Assembly (NCBI GenBank): GCA_963703225.1
Contig: OY969801.1
Coordinates: 1,056,001 to 1,120,000 of the forward strand
DNA: 64,000 nt
Direction of reading: 5' to 3'
From: Candidatus Eiseniibacteriota bacterium
Lineage (GTDB): Bacteria; Eisenbacteria; RBG-16-71-46; SZUA-252
Positions 63,530 through 64,000 of this stretch are shown in pieces. The notes under the pieces were generated by a model. It searched no databases. It was given only the letters and a program-made list of their open reading frames with translations, and was not told where the DNA came from. Positions within the stretch are counted from its first letter, which is position 1. Each line of letters opens with the position of its first letter. Made by a program: the position numbers and the translations under genes.

Positions 63530-64000
63530 GACACTCCCAAGGGGATCTCTGGTCCGGCCTCTCGCGGTTGGTGCCGGCGTTGCCCGCGCTGGCCGCGCTG
63601 CTCGCGATTGTCTCAGCCCGTCCTCCCGCGGCCGGCGCCATGCCGCTCTACGCTTCCCGCGAAGGCGCCACATGCGTCACGTGCCATTTCGATCCCAACG
63701 GCGGAGGCATGCGCAACGAGTTCGGTTTCTACTACGGCAAGAACCGCCACTCCATGGGGGTTGAGGAGAAGTGGTCCAAGGTCACCGTCACCCCCCAGCT
63801 CAACGACTGGATCCGGCTGGGCCTGGACATGCGGTTCATGTATTACGCGTCACAGCGAGTTGGCAATTCGACGCTCGATCAATCGACGTTCTTCCCGATG
63901 GAAGGAAATCTGCGCGTGGCGATCACACCCTACGAGAATCTCGCGATCGTGGGGACGCAGGGGATTGTCGTCGAGTCAGGGTACCCGAATTCTTATGTAG
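63526..64000 (+). CDS. Partial secreted/outer-membrane protein with N-terminal CxxCH
   Basis: Frame open to the window end; AMPLYASREGATCVTCH..GGGMRNEFG. Confidence 0.75.
   Translation, partial: MRHSQGDLWSGLSRLVPALPALAALLAIVSARPPAAGAMPLYASREGATCVTCHFDPNGGGMRNEFGFYYGKNRHSMGVEEKWSKVTVTPQLNDWIRLGLDMRFMYYASQRVGNSTLDQSTFFPMEGNLRVAITPYENLAIVGTQGIVVESGYPNSYV

Overview
GC-rich bacterial window with two parts. The organism is unknown; the kinase/TPR genes and FlgD/T9SS-like C-terminal domains suggest an uncultured lineage such as Ca. Eisenbacteria (inference only). Right of ~52.98 kb is core-like genome: a YkgJ-like gene, a Ser/Thr kinase, a BshB1-like deacetylase, a thioredoxin/TPR lipoprotein, ychF, DUF4097, rarA and an MFS transporter. 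Left of the intact tRNA-Lys(UUU) at 52906-52978 is an accessory region built as a tandem array of integrase-less cargo blocks. The blocks are separated by repeated junctions made of an extended -10 promoter motif and the 5' half of the same tRNA-Lys ending at the anticodon loop. Most junctions also have a ~160-nt arm containing a GC hairpin, a TTTTCGGGGAAG box and ACCGGATC repeats at a fixed +144 nt. Junctions are near-perfect close to the tRNA and more decayed further away, which suggests polar, integron-like cassette accretion. Cargo includes an S8 protease, an IS3-truncated amidase, Ser/Thr kinases, an arsenic-resistance operon, lipoproteins and a large redox/detox cluster with several gene remnants. 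At the far left, a compact 4-gene locus encodes a split copper-amine-oxidase-like pair, a small peptide with a tandem FLACNAA repeat and a ferritin-like diiron enzyme; this is a candidate new RiPP system. All calls come from reading the sequence; no searches were run.
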